Below, in pieces: positions 1 through 14,200 of a stretch of DNA of 64,000 nt. Origin of the DNA: Raillietiella orientalis (lineage: Eukaryota). The notes below the pieces were generated by a model. That model did not search any database. It had not been told where the DNA came from and was given only the letters and a program-made list of their open reading frames with translations. The DNA is taken from contig JAYWIR010000007.1 of assembly GCA_036172245.1 (NCBI GenBank), forward strand, positions 4,154,001-4,218,000, given 5' to 3'. The stretch's first letter is position 1. Every line of letters begins with the position of its first letter. Made by a program: the position numbers and the translations under genes.

Positions 1-2976
1 CATTTGCAGTTAATGCAGCTGACTTTCCAGAAGACACTTTCTTATTTGTACATTTTGAAGCTGGAAAGCTTCTAGTAAATCACAAATTAAACTACGTTTC
101 GCATCTTACATTTTGAATTTTGTAATGATGTGGCAATGGAATTTTTTCCTTGGGGAAAAGATTTTTCCTCTGTTGCTTTGCTTGAGCTGCTAACTCCTAA
201 TGGTACACTTGTACGTGATTCTAAACAGAATGTAAGAACGTTTTGCAAATCAAGAAACTCACTTGTATTAGGGTAAGCTTCTTCACTTGTGGAATCACTA
301 TCAGTTGAGGACTCATCTTTGACAGCCGCTGCTATTATAAAATGAAATTTATTTAACAAGCTTAAAATATTACGCTAATCTAAGAAACAATTAACAGTGT
401 TTAAAAAGAACATGTAATATGATTAGATCAAATTATATGAGGAATGATCGCGATTTTTTTATCATGGAAAATGACTTTTCAATTGGATCCTTTACAATGT
501 TATCCAAGAATTTTTTTTGTTAAACAAGCATGAATTGTAGCCATAAACACTAAAGCTGAAAACTACACAAATGAAGACAACTGCTTTAATTTGTGACACT
601 ACCATAGTCTACACTTTACCCAATTGTTGCCATGAATGTTTAACAGCATACTTTAATACCATTTTATACATGAACATGCCTTCTTATTCATTTCAACTTC
701 TGAACATGAAATTAGCTAATCACAACAAAACAAAAGGAAATGCGCACTTTGTATTCAATCCCTTTGATAGCTTACATGACCTCTTTGAAACACGTGCCCC
801 ACACTTTTACTTGCCCCAAACTACTTATTCTCCTACGAAATACTAAGAAAAATGAAGAGTAAAGTTTAGGAAACAACAAGAAAATGTACCTTAATGGATA
901 AACTTTGTTACTTTCTCTAAAACATGTTTCCGAATTTCCCTTGATTTGAAAACACATTCTGCATATTTATTACATTTTGTACAAAACTTTTTACTGCCTG
1001 GTTTTACAATTTGCAGTTCAAATAAACTGCATGCTTACAAACATTTGTAGCATGATCAACAACTGATAATGATAAGCTGAACAAGCAACCAAGTATGTTC
1101 AACTTTCATATATAAGAAAATTCAACTAGATAGTCATAGAAATTATTTCACTAAAAAGACTAAGCCAGATTACAACACTACCATGAATTAAGGTATTATA
1201 AATCTTAATAGTTTTATTTACTTTTCCTTGTTTCTCAGAATACTGTACAACTAGGCAACCAGTCATATGAACCAAACTAATTTTTGCTGAGCATTTTTAC
1301 ATTTGCTTGCATCAGGGGTTGCATGATACTATCTATATAACTGGTTACTATATGTGGGTATTATATATTACAGTGTTACTGTATTATATATTTCAATCAT
1401 TGTGTAAGCTAATATTTTAACAGAAAATCCAACAAATAATGCAAAACCAATGCCTGACCACTTTTACTGCTTTCAGTGATGAAAATGCATTTTGTAAACA
1501 TCCGATTTTTCTATTGTGACATGACCCAAATCACCAGAAATCTCAATAAGTGCATGCACTGTCTGACAAGATCAGCAGGAATCTCCAAAATGCATGGTGC
1601 GACTGCACCATGCTTTTTGGAGATGCAGCTATGCAGCCCCCTGAAGGAGAAATAAGTTGGCTAGGTGCAGCATGTTCTGATAAAAGTAACATGCAGAGAT
1701 CAAGTGTTACAATTTCAGAAGAACAGTTCTGATTACAAGCATGATGTCCTGCAGTCCATACAATTATTTGTATATGTGGTGCATCATTGTTTTCTCATTA
1801 CTTTAAAGTCTTGTCTTTGACTACAGATTTTCTGATCTGTAAGCCATTTGGTCTCTCTAATGTAAGGTAACATTTAACCAATTACAATTCTTAAAACTAG
1901 GAGACATGGTCATAGTTAGGCTGGTAATTACATGCATAACTTTAGAAACACCTGAAATGCACGTACCAATTGATGCGAAACTAAATGATTTTAAAAATGA
2001 AAAACTGAAAAAGCAGTTCTTCAGCCTCACACAAAATCATGAAGGGGGCACCACAAAACCTTTACTAGGCTTGTAACAGTAGCACCATTACATTCAGTTA
2101 GGAAACATAGTCCCAAGGTAAAAATCAAACCAAAGTTAAACATTCCAGATGCTTAAAACGAGAATTAAGACTTAATTTGTTACAGAATGGATTTTTTCTT
2201 TACAACATATATCTTCAGAAATCTGCAATGATTATCAATGAATTTTTTATACCTGAGTAACTATGCAAAACAAATGTAGCATTTCATGATAAACACTATG
2301 AAAAACACCAATGACAATAACTATAGAATATTAATCATCTTACTAAATGTTACGTTAACAATGAAAACCCCTCTTTAAAATTAACAATTCAATGATTATG
2401 GATGCAAAACCAAACTACATAACCAGTATGAAATTTACTTTTCTCCTTTTCTCCTTCTAGACCTGCAAAAAGACGCTTCTTCCCAGGTGATGTTCTAGAA
2501 TTTCAACATAGGAAATTAGGAGCACGTAATTCGTTTCCATACTCACTGCTGATAATGTTGAAAAATTTCTCGAATTGTTGGACTGCTGGCAGGTAAGGTG
2601 GGCTGAAAGGATTACATTTAGTTCCACACTTAAAACCCATTTTTTAAATGCATGCAGTTATGACCCCAACTTAACCCATGAACTTACAATCGCGACAGCG
2701 CAGCATACTTAAAAATAAAAACGCTTTTTTTAATACACATTACTACAACAATACTTTACAACGTAATGATTAAGCAGACATTAAGATATCCTACTAGCAC
2801 TCTGTTAACAATCATTCAATAAACATGACCAGCCATTTCCTGAAGGCAAAACATTTCCATATAAGATAAAAATTACATACTGCATTTGTTTTCTTTTTAA
2901 AAGATTCTGCCAAATAACTGTAGTTTGAATTTTTCAGATAGTTGTAAACCAAAGCTTTAATTGCAATATCTTCCAT
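1..2976 (-). CDS. Nopp140: Nucleolar phosphoprotein Nopp140/NOLC1-like, 5' part (gene runs off window start). Exons 2976-2881, 2602-2547, 2494-2439, 331-263, 220-110, 60-1
   Basis: Spliced N-terminus MEDIAIKALVYNYLKNSNYSYLAESFKKKTNA-PTLPASSPTIREIFQHYQQ-TSPGKKR is a LisH-type start resembling insect Nopp140. It is followed by S/D/E- and K-rich low-complexity exons. GT-AG junctions keep the frame. Confidence 0.75.
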
Positions 2977-4049
2977 TTTACAACCTATTACACAGGAACG
3001 CACGTTCGCACTGGCACCTCAAAACGGAAGATAGCTTGCACGCTCATGCTTCTGTTCCACATTAAAAAACAGGATTACCAAGTGTTGTACTTTCTATCCA
3101 CATAAATTGAAAATTCATATCATAATACAAATAAGAGAACATCAATGGAAAACTCCAAATAATTTTTAAATATTTCTATATGTGTTCACTCAAAGCAGAG
3201 GAAATACATGCTTTATTCTGAAAAACATTAGCAAACTTCTACTTCTTGCAACAAAAATTTAAACAAGTGTAATCTCCATAAAGCCTAAAATTCTCACATG
3301 GAATAATAGCAAAAATCAAAAATAAGAGTTTCGCTTATTCCTTAAGATTCATATCTATTCCACACATATAAGATAAAAATAAAGAAATTGCTGCGTGTTG
3401 ATATTTGCATATACAAGAGACGACCGTTAATTAATCACTTCACCGACTTATTAAGTTTTAGTGCATCGAGATCTCTGCATATAGAGATCTTCGAAAAAGT
3501 GAGTTCAAGTTGGCAAAATGAATTCTAAGAGAAAGAAAAAATCAAGTTCTAGCTATGAAACTAAAAAATGCAGATTCAATTTTGTGACTCGTAGAACGCT
3601 CTCCTAGGATAGTGGCAGAAACCTATATTAAAAAGCAAATATCGATCAATATGCTCTTGCTTGCCCTTATCCTTTTTTATGAAGAAAAACTCCGAGTAAT
3701 CTTAGTGACTCTAGATCATTAGCGTGAAATTCATAATCTCAAATTTGTAATTAGCTTTCGAATTTTGTGCTGAACAAATGGAAATTCTATTTAATGAATC
3801 TAGCAAAAATATATAACGTATGATTGATGGATGATTTCTAAGGTCGGGAACTGTTAAGCTTCACTTGAATTATACGGAAATTGTATAGCTAAATTCATAT
3901 GGAATCTCTCATTTCGTAGATAAAATCTGATTATCCTATATTGGTCTCAAAGAGTTTGCTGATACCGAGATCAGAATAATATGAAACCTTGGATACAGTT
4001 TTGGAAGCAATACGGTCAAAAGGAAACCTCACCAAGCACATAAGACATA

Positions 4050-7000
4050 CAGTATAAATGCTCCCCGAAGCATTGGTTCCACTCCTATCCCTCTCATACA
4101 ACATAAATCCTTACTTTCTCCACATTCATAGATCACTAATCCTGTACACACAAGCGTTTACGATTGAAAACACAGCATAAATCAACAACCGAAAATAAAC
4201 CAACATCACATCGCATAAACATTATTTCCAATTTCCATGAGATACAATAGGCAAATCATTTTCTTTACATCAACCTTAATTCTTTCCACGAACCTCCAGT
4301 GCACCGTTGTCACCACATCAGTATGCGCATTGTGAGCGAATGAACTAACTATAACCATTGGAATTATTTTATTCTCAAAAAAGGCCTAAAACATTAAAAC
4401 AAACAAACCCTTATCAACCTATGCATAATTATAATCCTCATCATAAACCTCGATTCCGTGAACATTATCGCACCACTTATTATCCCTGGTATCATCTGCA
4501 GCGTAATAATGAAAGCTTTGGAAGCCTTACCATACCAACTATACCCCTCCACCTAAAAACTGCATCTCACTAAAGGATACCTAGATATGCTCCTGTTCCA
4601 CCCATTCTCCATTATCAAAATTGTAACAAGCTTATTAACTTCCATGCCCTTCCCGTTCTTCATTTCCATCTTCCTGCCATGCTTATCCATATCTGAAGAG
4701 AGCTTTTCATCTTCAAATACATTCGTTCTCCTCCATCCACATCCAACCAGAGTGATGATTCCCATTTGCCTATCCGAATGTACGATCAGTGCCCAACAAA
4801 ACCAGAAGCCACTAATCTCCTGACAAGAATCATCATGTTCGTGATCTTCGCATTACGTTCTTTGGATCCTCATTTTAATAGCCATTAAAAAAAAATTACA
4901 GTCTCCTTATCGAGTTTTTTCCGCTCCATGCTTGCATGACGAGGCACTTAACTCGCTACCTCCAGCTTCCTTCCCTTCATCCCCAAATTATAGCACTGTT
5001 ATATTTATTGCTTCCAGCATTCGCACACCCCAAACTATCTTAGCCTTGATGGTTTATGCAAAAAAGCCGGTTTTGCAACTGGTTTTACAGATGGAGCATC
5101 AGCCAAGGAAATTCTCCATCCTCATCGCTTCTTTTTTATCGCAACGAAATTGAGAAAGAATCCTCTGATGCCAATAATTAATATTTTCATAAAGCCATCT
5201 CTGGCTCACCACCCTCAACCCATTGGTACCACAACCAACTTTATGTTCCATAATAAGTAAAAGAATCTACAATATAACTAAGCCACTACCATATACATTA
5301 GTTTATCGTTTGGACCATCGCATAGTCACATACACGAACAATTAAACCCTCCAATCTTCTCGCTTCTTCCCTTATGAGCGCAAACCAATCTACAATGAAC
5401 ATTAAACCTCTATTCGGATAAAAATAAGAAAATAGATTTGCTTTCTCATATTCCTTGCCATGTAGCCTAGATATAGGTTAAAACCAGCTTAGACTTGCCT
5501 TTCGAAAATCATAGGACACACGATCAACCTCCTCCAAACATCCAATTCATCTCCCTCGATTAGTCTATCCCACAAAACATCCTAGATGTTCCCCTCACCA
5601 TTTACAGTCCCAACTTGTATCTCCCCATACAATCCACCGCCTTCATCAACGGAACAATCGAATAATCGTATGCATCTGAAAAGTAAGAAAATGGTCTGAG
5701 CAACAGAACGCACCTCACGAATATGTGTACATTTTTCCTATTTCTTGCCCATCCATTCAACATTCCCTATAACCTACAACTTTACGAACAATAACATCGA
5801 CCCCGTCATCCCACTTAGGGATCACATCCCAGTCCCTTGGAGGACACACTACCAACGTTCCCATGATCGCTTCTAGTATAACCGTAGAAGAATCTGCAGC
5901 CCACTTCCTTTCCAAGGATCAGCTTGTGGAGCCGCTTACCTAATAACTTCAAACTGTTTCCTTCAGGCTGCACTCATCCCTTTCCCAACTCGTTCGAATT
6001 CTCCAGCTCCAACCATTGTGCTGTACCCAAAATCTTGCGCTCAGCTAACGTCACAGAGGCTAAACTTTGTCACCATCCACGCCTCTAACAACACCTTTAT
6101 CCCCATCAGCACACTTTAGGACCATCAACAACACAGTTTTCCACAACATACCCATTTCCTTAGGCAGAGAACATTTGAACACCGAACTTATTGAACACTT
6201 CAATCCTCTATTGCTAACACCGCAACTGCTCCACTCCTTGCAAATACTTAGTTCCACATGGAGCTCGCAAACTTCCACATCAATCCCAACTTTGAAAATC
6301 ATGCTACTATTAATTAGGCAACTTTTTTCCACTTCAGTATTACGATTCTTACTATTCAATATTCAAATTATTAAGGTTTGTGCTTCATCATCTGCCCCAA
6401 ACTTCATTCCCTGAAAATCTAATCTTCTAATCTTCCTCAAAAGAACAAAATACACGTAGCTTAGGGGGTCTTCTCCCCACCCCTTATACGGACCATGGGA
6501 TTTTCACTATAACGCTCAATTCAACATCCCATGCGCAAAAAAACAAAAACGCGACATCTTCTCCCAGCACTTTTTTCCCTTCGTGTTACGAATTAAATAG
6601 CTAAGTATAATGGGCTGCCTACTATTATGTGGTCCAAATGCCGCAGCTGTGTGGTACCTACCTTATCTCACTCATCGGAAAATGTCTTTAAGAAACATTT
6701 AAAGTAAACTTTTACTCAATTCCTCATCCCGCTCCTCCCATCATACTTTCCTCATTTACGAATTCTTACTAATTAGAACATTTCACATAATCTCCAATTA
6801 ATGATATTCCCTACTCGCAATAACCCTAACTTTGTGAAAAACGCGATAAAGGCTCATTTCTAAGAACCATATCTATTTCGGTAATCACATTTCTCATCCT
6901 TCATTCGACTAATAAATAACCAGAAACCACCAATAGCTACAAGTATTAATTTACTAGCACATCATCACCAAATAAGTCAGGAATACTATGCCACACATAA

Positions 7001-7260
7001 CATGAGTCCTCGTAGTGAGTATTCCTATTTAATATCCTCGTCTCACGTATTTCGGTTTATAGTATCCACTAATATTTAACTCCACTCTGATACCGAAGCC
7101 AATGCACATGGAACCTCAACCCAATTTATCATGTCTTTTTAGGTACATCTATCCTCTTTTGCCATGCAGCCGACTCATCACTAATAATTGCATGCTTTTG
7201 AACATCAAAAAACTCATCAAACTCATAGTTGAGATATCAAGGTTGATCTCACGCATCTCT
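4050..7260 (+). mobile_element. Highly decayed non-LTR retrotransposon relic (CR1/L2-like)
   Basis: G-poor + strand with faint RT-like remnants in the expected order: NYRP-like at ~5795, PHQHTLGP (~PQGSVLGP) at ~6102, NAAAVWYLPYL (~YASxVWSPY) at ~6637. No intact ORF; boundaries approximate. Confidence 0.3.
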
Positions 7261-9839
7261 TGGACGCTAGTAGGTGCAGGAAAAGGCAAGAAACCCCCCC
7301 CCCCAAAAAAAAAAAATCGATCTCAAACCAAAAACAATTTGAAAGGAAATCTCAGATGCTAAACAGAAAATGAAGATTGCAAGGAAATTCCATCTAAAAT
7401 CCAAAGTGAATAGCATGAAAAATTTAAATCATTGTCATTATTCAAATATGAAAATAATTATTAGCCAATCTTCGAATAGTACTAAACGTTATACTTATAT
7501 AATGAAGTGATGATTATGCAATTATTCGTTAATGCAAACTATTAGTTCAAATTTGAAGCTACGGAGATCACAGAACAGTGAGGGTCAATTTTTCAAGAAT
7601 CATAAGCAGTTACTTGAGAAAACACAAATTAGGTATTAAACGATAAATTAGTAAGTGGCGTCTTGAGTTATGGATTCGTTATGGATCAAATTCCTGAACC
7701 AAGCTTGAATGGTTATTCAAAAAAAAAATCGAAAGATGTCACTTAGATAATAAATAAACGAACATATTTTTTGTTCTCACTTAGACTAGATTGCATTAGA
7801 GTTTAAATTTTTCGATAAGAATCCATTTAAAAATTATTTTTTCCCACATAACAATATGTTATTTACACTTATAGGATATAGTATTTTCTTAAAATGATAA
7901 CAAGACTGTTAGTCTTTGAGATAAATTTTCTTAATCTTTCGTTTGGCAAAATAGTTTTGGCTAACGAAATTCCTAACATTACTCTGCCTGCGTACGCACT
8001 GAACGAGCTTACAAATTTGTACGTATCAACTGTTTCGTATATATGTGATAAATCTTGCATGCATAAATGTTGCATTCAGCATCAGAAATACAGATGATTT
8101 TTTGAATTCATAAACATGTACTATGTGGATTATGGTTTTTATAAATATGTATCAAATGTGACTTTTTTTTTATTTAAATTGATTTCTCACATTTGGAAAT
8201 CGAGGATTTCATAAAGAATAATGCATTACTTTTAACGTTTCAGTGCACGAATTATGGTTTTCAGGAAATTCACTGGGAGGAAATTTTAAACGTTGTCCAT
8301 CATACTAAAAGTCATTTTAACTGACGTAAAATTTACACTACTCTAGATTCACGTGAAATTCAAAAACGAAAACGGTTTTTATTTCTTTTGTTTTCTTTTT
8401 TCTTTTCTTTTTTTTAATAAAAGTAGTTTCTGAGAGTAATAAATTTTATCACTTCAATTATTTGCATGTTTTTTTTTTCTATTTCTATCAAAAAAAAAAA
8501 AAAAAACACATGAAAATTTTCTTCTACAGGTAAACTGAATTTGATATGGTGCATTGAATATAAAAATAAATTTTCTGCTCTAATATCACAGCAACTTGAA
8601 ATAAGAGACTCTAAATATGCATATGCATGATTGAATTCCAAATTCATTCCCTTTTTTGTGCTTTCATCTAAATATTTCAGTATCCACTAAAGTCTGCATC
8701 TTATTCACTTCTTTAATTTTGTTATCCTGCTGCTACAAGAAGAATTCTGCTCTCCTCTGTGAAGAAATTCTCAAACCTATTCAAAGGAACAAATTCGCAG
8801 TGAAGGATTTCCCAAAGTCGAGCACATTTTGTGTATGTTGAGTGAAGGCGTTTGCTACTAAATTGTGAATTGTGCTTTGGTAACAGTGAAAATAATTAAA
8901 CATGTCATCTTGTTCTTGCTTAACTGGTAGTCACGTTTTGCATCCATCGTAGCTATGCTGATAATTCCCCATCATCCATTCCTTACATTTTTCTCTCTCT
9001 CTTCTGTCAGAATGTGTTCTTTGGGTAGCATGCATATGTAATTATCAATCAAGAGTGAATTCAGTCTCAATCTATGAGTGTTTCTTGTTTTTCTTATTTT
9101 TAGCGCATATAAGATTATACCTTGTAGATTATACCGGTAGAGTCATTTATCATAACCATCACTGTTGGCTTTTAATTTTCCAAGTTTTGTGTTTCTTCAG
9201 CTTAGATTCTACTATACATCAACAACCCCCGACAAATCTTTAATTTGCTGGTATAGAGCACAGTTTCTCCTATTTATTTGATTTCTTCTTCTGGTTCATT
9301 TACGTCGATATTTTGATTAAGGATTATGCATTGACTTGACGAATTATATTAGCTAGTTTTCTTTATTTACCTTGTTTGTGTCAATTATCTTATACTGAAA
9401 AACAGATTTGCTGACTGATTGCAAAACAGAAAAGGAATGGGATAAATGTTTGGTTACTTCAAAGTGAAATATCTTTTGGTGATCTGTGTGTGTGTTTTCA
9501 CACATAAGTGATAACTATTATTTTTGATCAAAATAAAAAGTACTTTTTAGAAAAAAAAACAGATCGTTTACTTTAAAACTGTATGCATAGTTTTTGTTCT
9601 TTACATCGGTTTCGTGGGAGTACATTATTTTGCTCTCTATATGATTGTAATCATGCACGTCGCATTGTATGGTCTAATTTTGAAATCCGGGATTTCTAAA
9701 TCGTCTTCTAATCTAATGCGTTCTTAGCTTTCATTTTTAACACAAGATCAGAACTAGAATTATACCTTTCGAGTGAAGGGGTTAAGTACAATTCAAAGTA
9801 ATCGAATTTCAACACTATATCGTGCTTTAATCTAATCGT

Positions 9840-10260
9840 TGCTTCCACGAACTTTTTTGAAATCTCCTAGACATTTGCTATGGATGCTCTATTTCCACGT
9901 GGACCATTTTGAACATGCATTTTTGCTAGCAAAAAGGGGATGTTCATCGTCCCATTGCTCCTTCGCCCTTATTTGTCTCATTTCTCATCTAATTAAGGTG
10001 ATTAAGTTATACTCCGTTGTTGTTGTTTTTCTATTCTTCTTTCCCAGAGCCCCAACAAATCCAGAAATGCACGTCTTCCAGAAATCTTTATTTCATCCTC
10101 CAAGTGGTATGTGGAATGAGTCGATCTTGAAGCGCTGGAAGCAGTCTGAACGGTTGTGAATTCCAACGCGAAAATCCAACCGAATGCACTTCCGGTTGAA
10201 ATGGTCGCTGCCATTTGTGGATCGGTGATGTCTTCCGCAGCAAAGCAGGCTCTCCTCAAG
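9840..10260 (-). mobile_element. Possible Penelope-like RT relic
   Basis: Minus ORF 10002-10259 has IFAL...YHLEDEIKISGRRAFLDLL, resembling the PLE 'DIF..W...FT.E.E....LPFLDV' segment. Very degenerate. Confidence 0.25.
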
Positions 10261-11259
10261 ATTTAGATTACTATTGACATTGAAGTGTGATGGATTTCTT
10301 TCTTTTCTCGTAAATTGCAGTCTGCGGCAATGTTGCTAGCAATCATTTTTCATACTGCAAAACGGCTTATTCAATTTGAGTCCAAAGCAGCTTGTTTGAC
10401 AAATTTTGACCAAGGAGAATGCAGAAGTTTAGACAAGCCGACATTTCAATACACCTTAGCTAGCGTAAAAGTACATTGAAACGTTTATTACTTTGACGGG
10501 GCGTCAATCGCGGTGTTCGTATGTACATATGTGTGGAAAGATGATATAGAGCATACATTACATGTCCGCCCACGCTGTATGATTTCTGCAGGGTCATCTA
10601 CTCAGAGGCCGTATTTACTAAATAAAACATTTTGTATTAACCGGTAAAAAAAGTATGCTGCAAAGCACTCAAATCCATCGTATGGTACAATTTAATGGAA
10701 AATTTTGTACTGAGATGGGAAATGCGGCGTACGTAATACGTTTGTGGTAGTGACGGCATCGAATATCAAACTCAATAGAATGCAAGTATACCAAATTCAG
10801 GAAGAGTTAAAATGTAAACTTCTGGATGTCCCCAAAATCAAAATAGACAAATATGTAGGTTAATAATTAAAGCTTGCGTCGTCTAGAAATTTACATGTGC
10901 ATCGGATAAATGGAATTCATGGCCAATTTTGTGAGGCATGTCTGTTAATGCCCGTATGAATGTGTTTGTGTTTATATTTGTAAGGTTTGTAGATGTGCTA
11001 AGAAGTAATATGAGCGATAAAAATTCCAAAGAGGTGTGTTTACTTGGTGCTTTTCGTACACAAATGGATGGCACGGATGTTTTATTGGTTGAATTGATTT
11101 GGATTACAGTAACATTAAGACAGTATGATTTGAGCAATAACCAATTAATTGTTTTCCCAGATTGGGTTATATTGCTTATAAGCTTTGAAATTTCCCTTGA
11201 ATATAATTCGAAACCCTAAACAGATACTGCATATTCTGAGTTTTATGTGAATTTTAAAA

Positions 11260-14200
11260 ATGACTGCGTATTGTCAAGAATGGACATCCTCCTCTGCATA
11301 TGTAGACAGTATGGATATTGGGTCAAGTGGATTCCTCAGTTTTGAAGGAAAAAAGTATGTTTGCTTTGCTCTTGACAAGTTCTCATTTTATTTAGGTTAA
11401 GTGATTTGAAATCCATGTTAGACAATAATAAGGACAGTCTCAAATTGGAAGCTATGAAACGTATCATAGGAATGATTGCAAGAGGCCAAGATGCTAGTGA
11501 TCTGTTTCCTGCTGTTGTCAAAAATGTTGTTAGTAAAAATGTTGAGCTGAAAAAGTTAGTTTATGTCTATTTGATGCGATATGCAGAAGAACAACAAGAT
11601 TTAGCATTACTTTCCATTAGTGCTTTTCAGCGAGCTCTAAGAGACTATAATCAGCTCATTAGAGGCAGTGCTTTGCGTGTTCTTTCCAGCATCCGTGTTC
11701 CAGTTATTGTACCTATTCTTATGTTAGCTATTCGAGATGCTGTTAACGATATGTCACCGTATGTTCGCAAAGTTACAGCCCATGCAATTCCCAAATTATA
11801 TCATTTGGATCCAGATCAAAAAGAAGAACTTATCGAAATAATTGAGAAACTGTTACAAGATAAGTCTACCTTAGTGATTGGATCTGCTATGATGGCATTT
11901 GAAGAAGTCTGCCCTGACAGAATTGATCTTATTCATAAAAATTATCGCAAGCTATGCAACCTTCTTGTTGATGTGGAAGAATGGGGTCAGGTAGTCATGA
12001 TTCAGATATTAACTCGTTATGCCCGTACTCAGTTTACCAATCCCAACACAGTAAGTACTTGTTTTATCAAAGAGTGATGTTGAACATGCTTATTTTCTCT
12101 TAACCAAGGGGGCAGAGCCTCCAAAACCTGGAACTGAGACTCTGTTTACCAAAGCGATTGACTCTGACTTCCAGCTTTTGTTACGGAATACAAAGCAGCT
12201 ATTGCACAGCAGGAATGCCTCAGTGAGCTTTGCCTATTTGTGAATTTTAAATTGCTTGTAGGTAGTAATGGCTGTTGCTCAGTTGTATCATCATTTAGCT
12301 CCTCATGAGGAATTCCATCATGTGGTACAACCTCTGTTGCGACAGTTACGTTCACATGTAGAAGTCCAGGTTGTGGTCCTGCGCAGCATTGTTACATTGC
12401 TCTTCCATAGGAAGGTAGTCCGAAGAACTTATATTTCATTAATTTTCCGACTTAGGAAGTTTTTGAACCCTATTTGCGCTATTTTTTTCTTACCATGGAT
12501 GAACCAGCTGAAGTGAAACAACTTAAATTGGAAGCACTTACATTGCTGGCAAACAAAACTAGCATTCCGAAGATCTTATGTGAATTTCAGACGTACTTAC
12601 AGAGCTCAGACTTGGATTTGGCCAAAGGCACAATCCAGGCTATAGGTTGCTGTGCCCACAGCATCCCAGAAGTAGCAGATGTTTGTTTGAATGGTTTGGT
12701 TACATTGCTAACACACAGTAATGGTAAGCTGCTTCCTTTCATTATCTGTGAAATCACAGATAGTAAAACTTTTAGAAACTGTTGTTGCTGAAAGTGTAGT
12801 GGTATTGCGACATTTATTACAATGCAGAGCCAAGCAACATGTTGGTATCATTACTCAGCTAGCTCATTTAATAGACAATTTGGTTATTCCTGATGCCAGA
12901 GCATCTCTTGTGTGGTTAGTAGGAGAATACTGTGAATTGGCTTCTAATGTGGCACCTGATGTGTTACGCAAAGTGGCTCAAACATTTGCTGATGAGCATC
13001 TCTGTGTAAAGCTACAGGTGCTTACTCTGGCTGCCAAACTGTATCTGGTGGATGCCCCACACACATCTTTGTTGGTTCAATATGTTTTTAACCTTTGCAA
13101 ATATGATTCAAATTATGGTCTTCGGGACAGAGCACGATTCTTGCGCCACCTATTGTTTCCTGCTGGTGAATCCAAGCTTCGGAACTTTGCAAAAAGAATT
13201 TTATTTGCTCCCAAGTCAGCTCCGAGCTCTACTCCTTCCAGATGTGAGCAAACTTTAGCATACTTCCATTGTGAAATCACTCAGATCAGGATTGTTTCCT
13301 GCTTGGGTCTCTGTCACAGTACTTGCAACATCGTGCAGCCAATTACATTGACTTGCCACCTTTCTGTGAAGTTCCTTCAGACCCCAGTTTGAGGAATGTC
13401 GATGGTTCTCCCATTTGGAAGAGAAGTGAAACTGAAACTGACACTTTGCCACAAACTAATCAAGAAAGCTCATACAGTTCGGAATGTGATGAAGAACAAG
13501 AAGAGGAAGAAGAAGGTAAATGTTTATTCTATGAGAATAAACTGAGTGGTTTCAGAGAATGGCACAACTGACGAAGAGGACCAAAGCAGTGAAGAAGATG
13601 CTGCTATCTTGGAAGTAAGCAAAATTCTTGAAAACGTTTATATTTGTTTTAGGGATTTGATTCTCCTTGTGAAATCATACCTTCGTCTTCTGAAATAAGT
13701 GTACAACAAAGCAATGTGGATTTGTTGCTTAGTTTAGGCGATGGTATGTAGATATAACTGTTTTACTATTATTCAATGGTGTTAAAGCATCTGTGTGTCC
13801 TACTTTAACCATCCCAGCAACTACAGATACTTGCAAAAGATATTCAAATGTTACTACAGAAAATTACATTGAGTTAGCCCCTTCTGCTCCATGTTCCCAT
13901 CAATATTGGGAGCTATTGTCCAAAAATACTGGGTTGGGTGTATGTGTTACATACCGTTATCCTCGTATTCCATTCCTGTATTCTTCTCGTATGGTGACTG
14001 TAGAACTGATATTTGTTAATCAGTCTGAGAAAGAAGTTCAGTATGTTGGAATGGAGAATCAGGTAAATCATGTGAACAGACTAGATGAATGAATTATTTT
14101 TTTATTTTACAGAGTTTAGCTTGTGGAATGTCTTTACATCCTTTTCCCACCTTTAATTGCCTGACACCTGGAACAGCAACAACAGCTCTGCTTGGTGTTG

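Noticed and set aside
332..2438. Canonical box C/D or H/ACA snoRNA in the Nopp140 intron
   Set aside because: No canonical RTGATGA/CTGA pair or correctly spaced H and ACA boxes found on the sense strand by eye.
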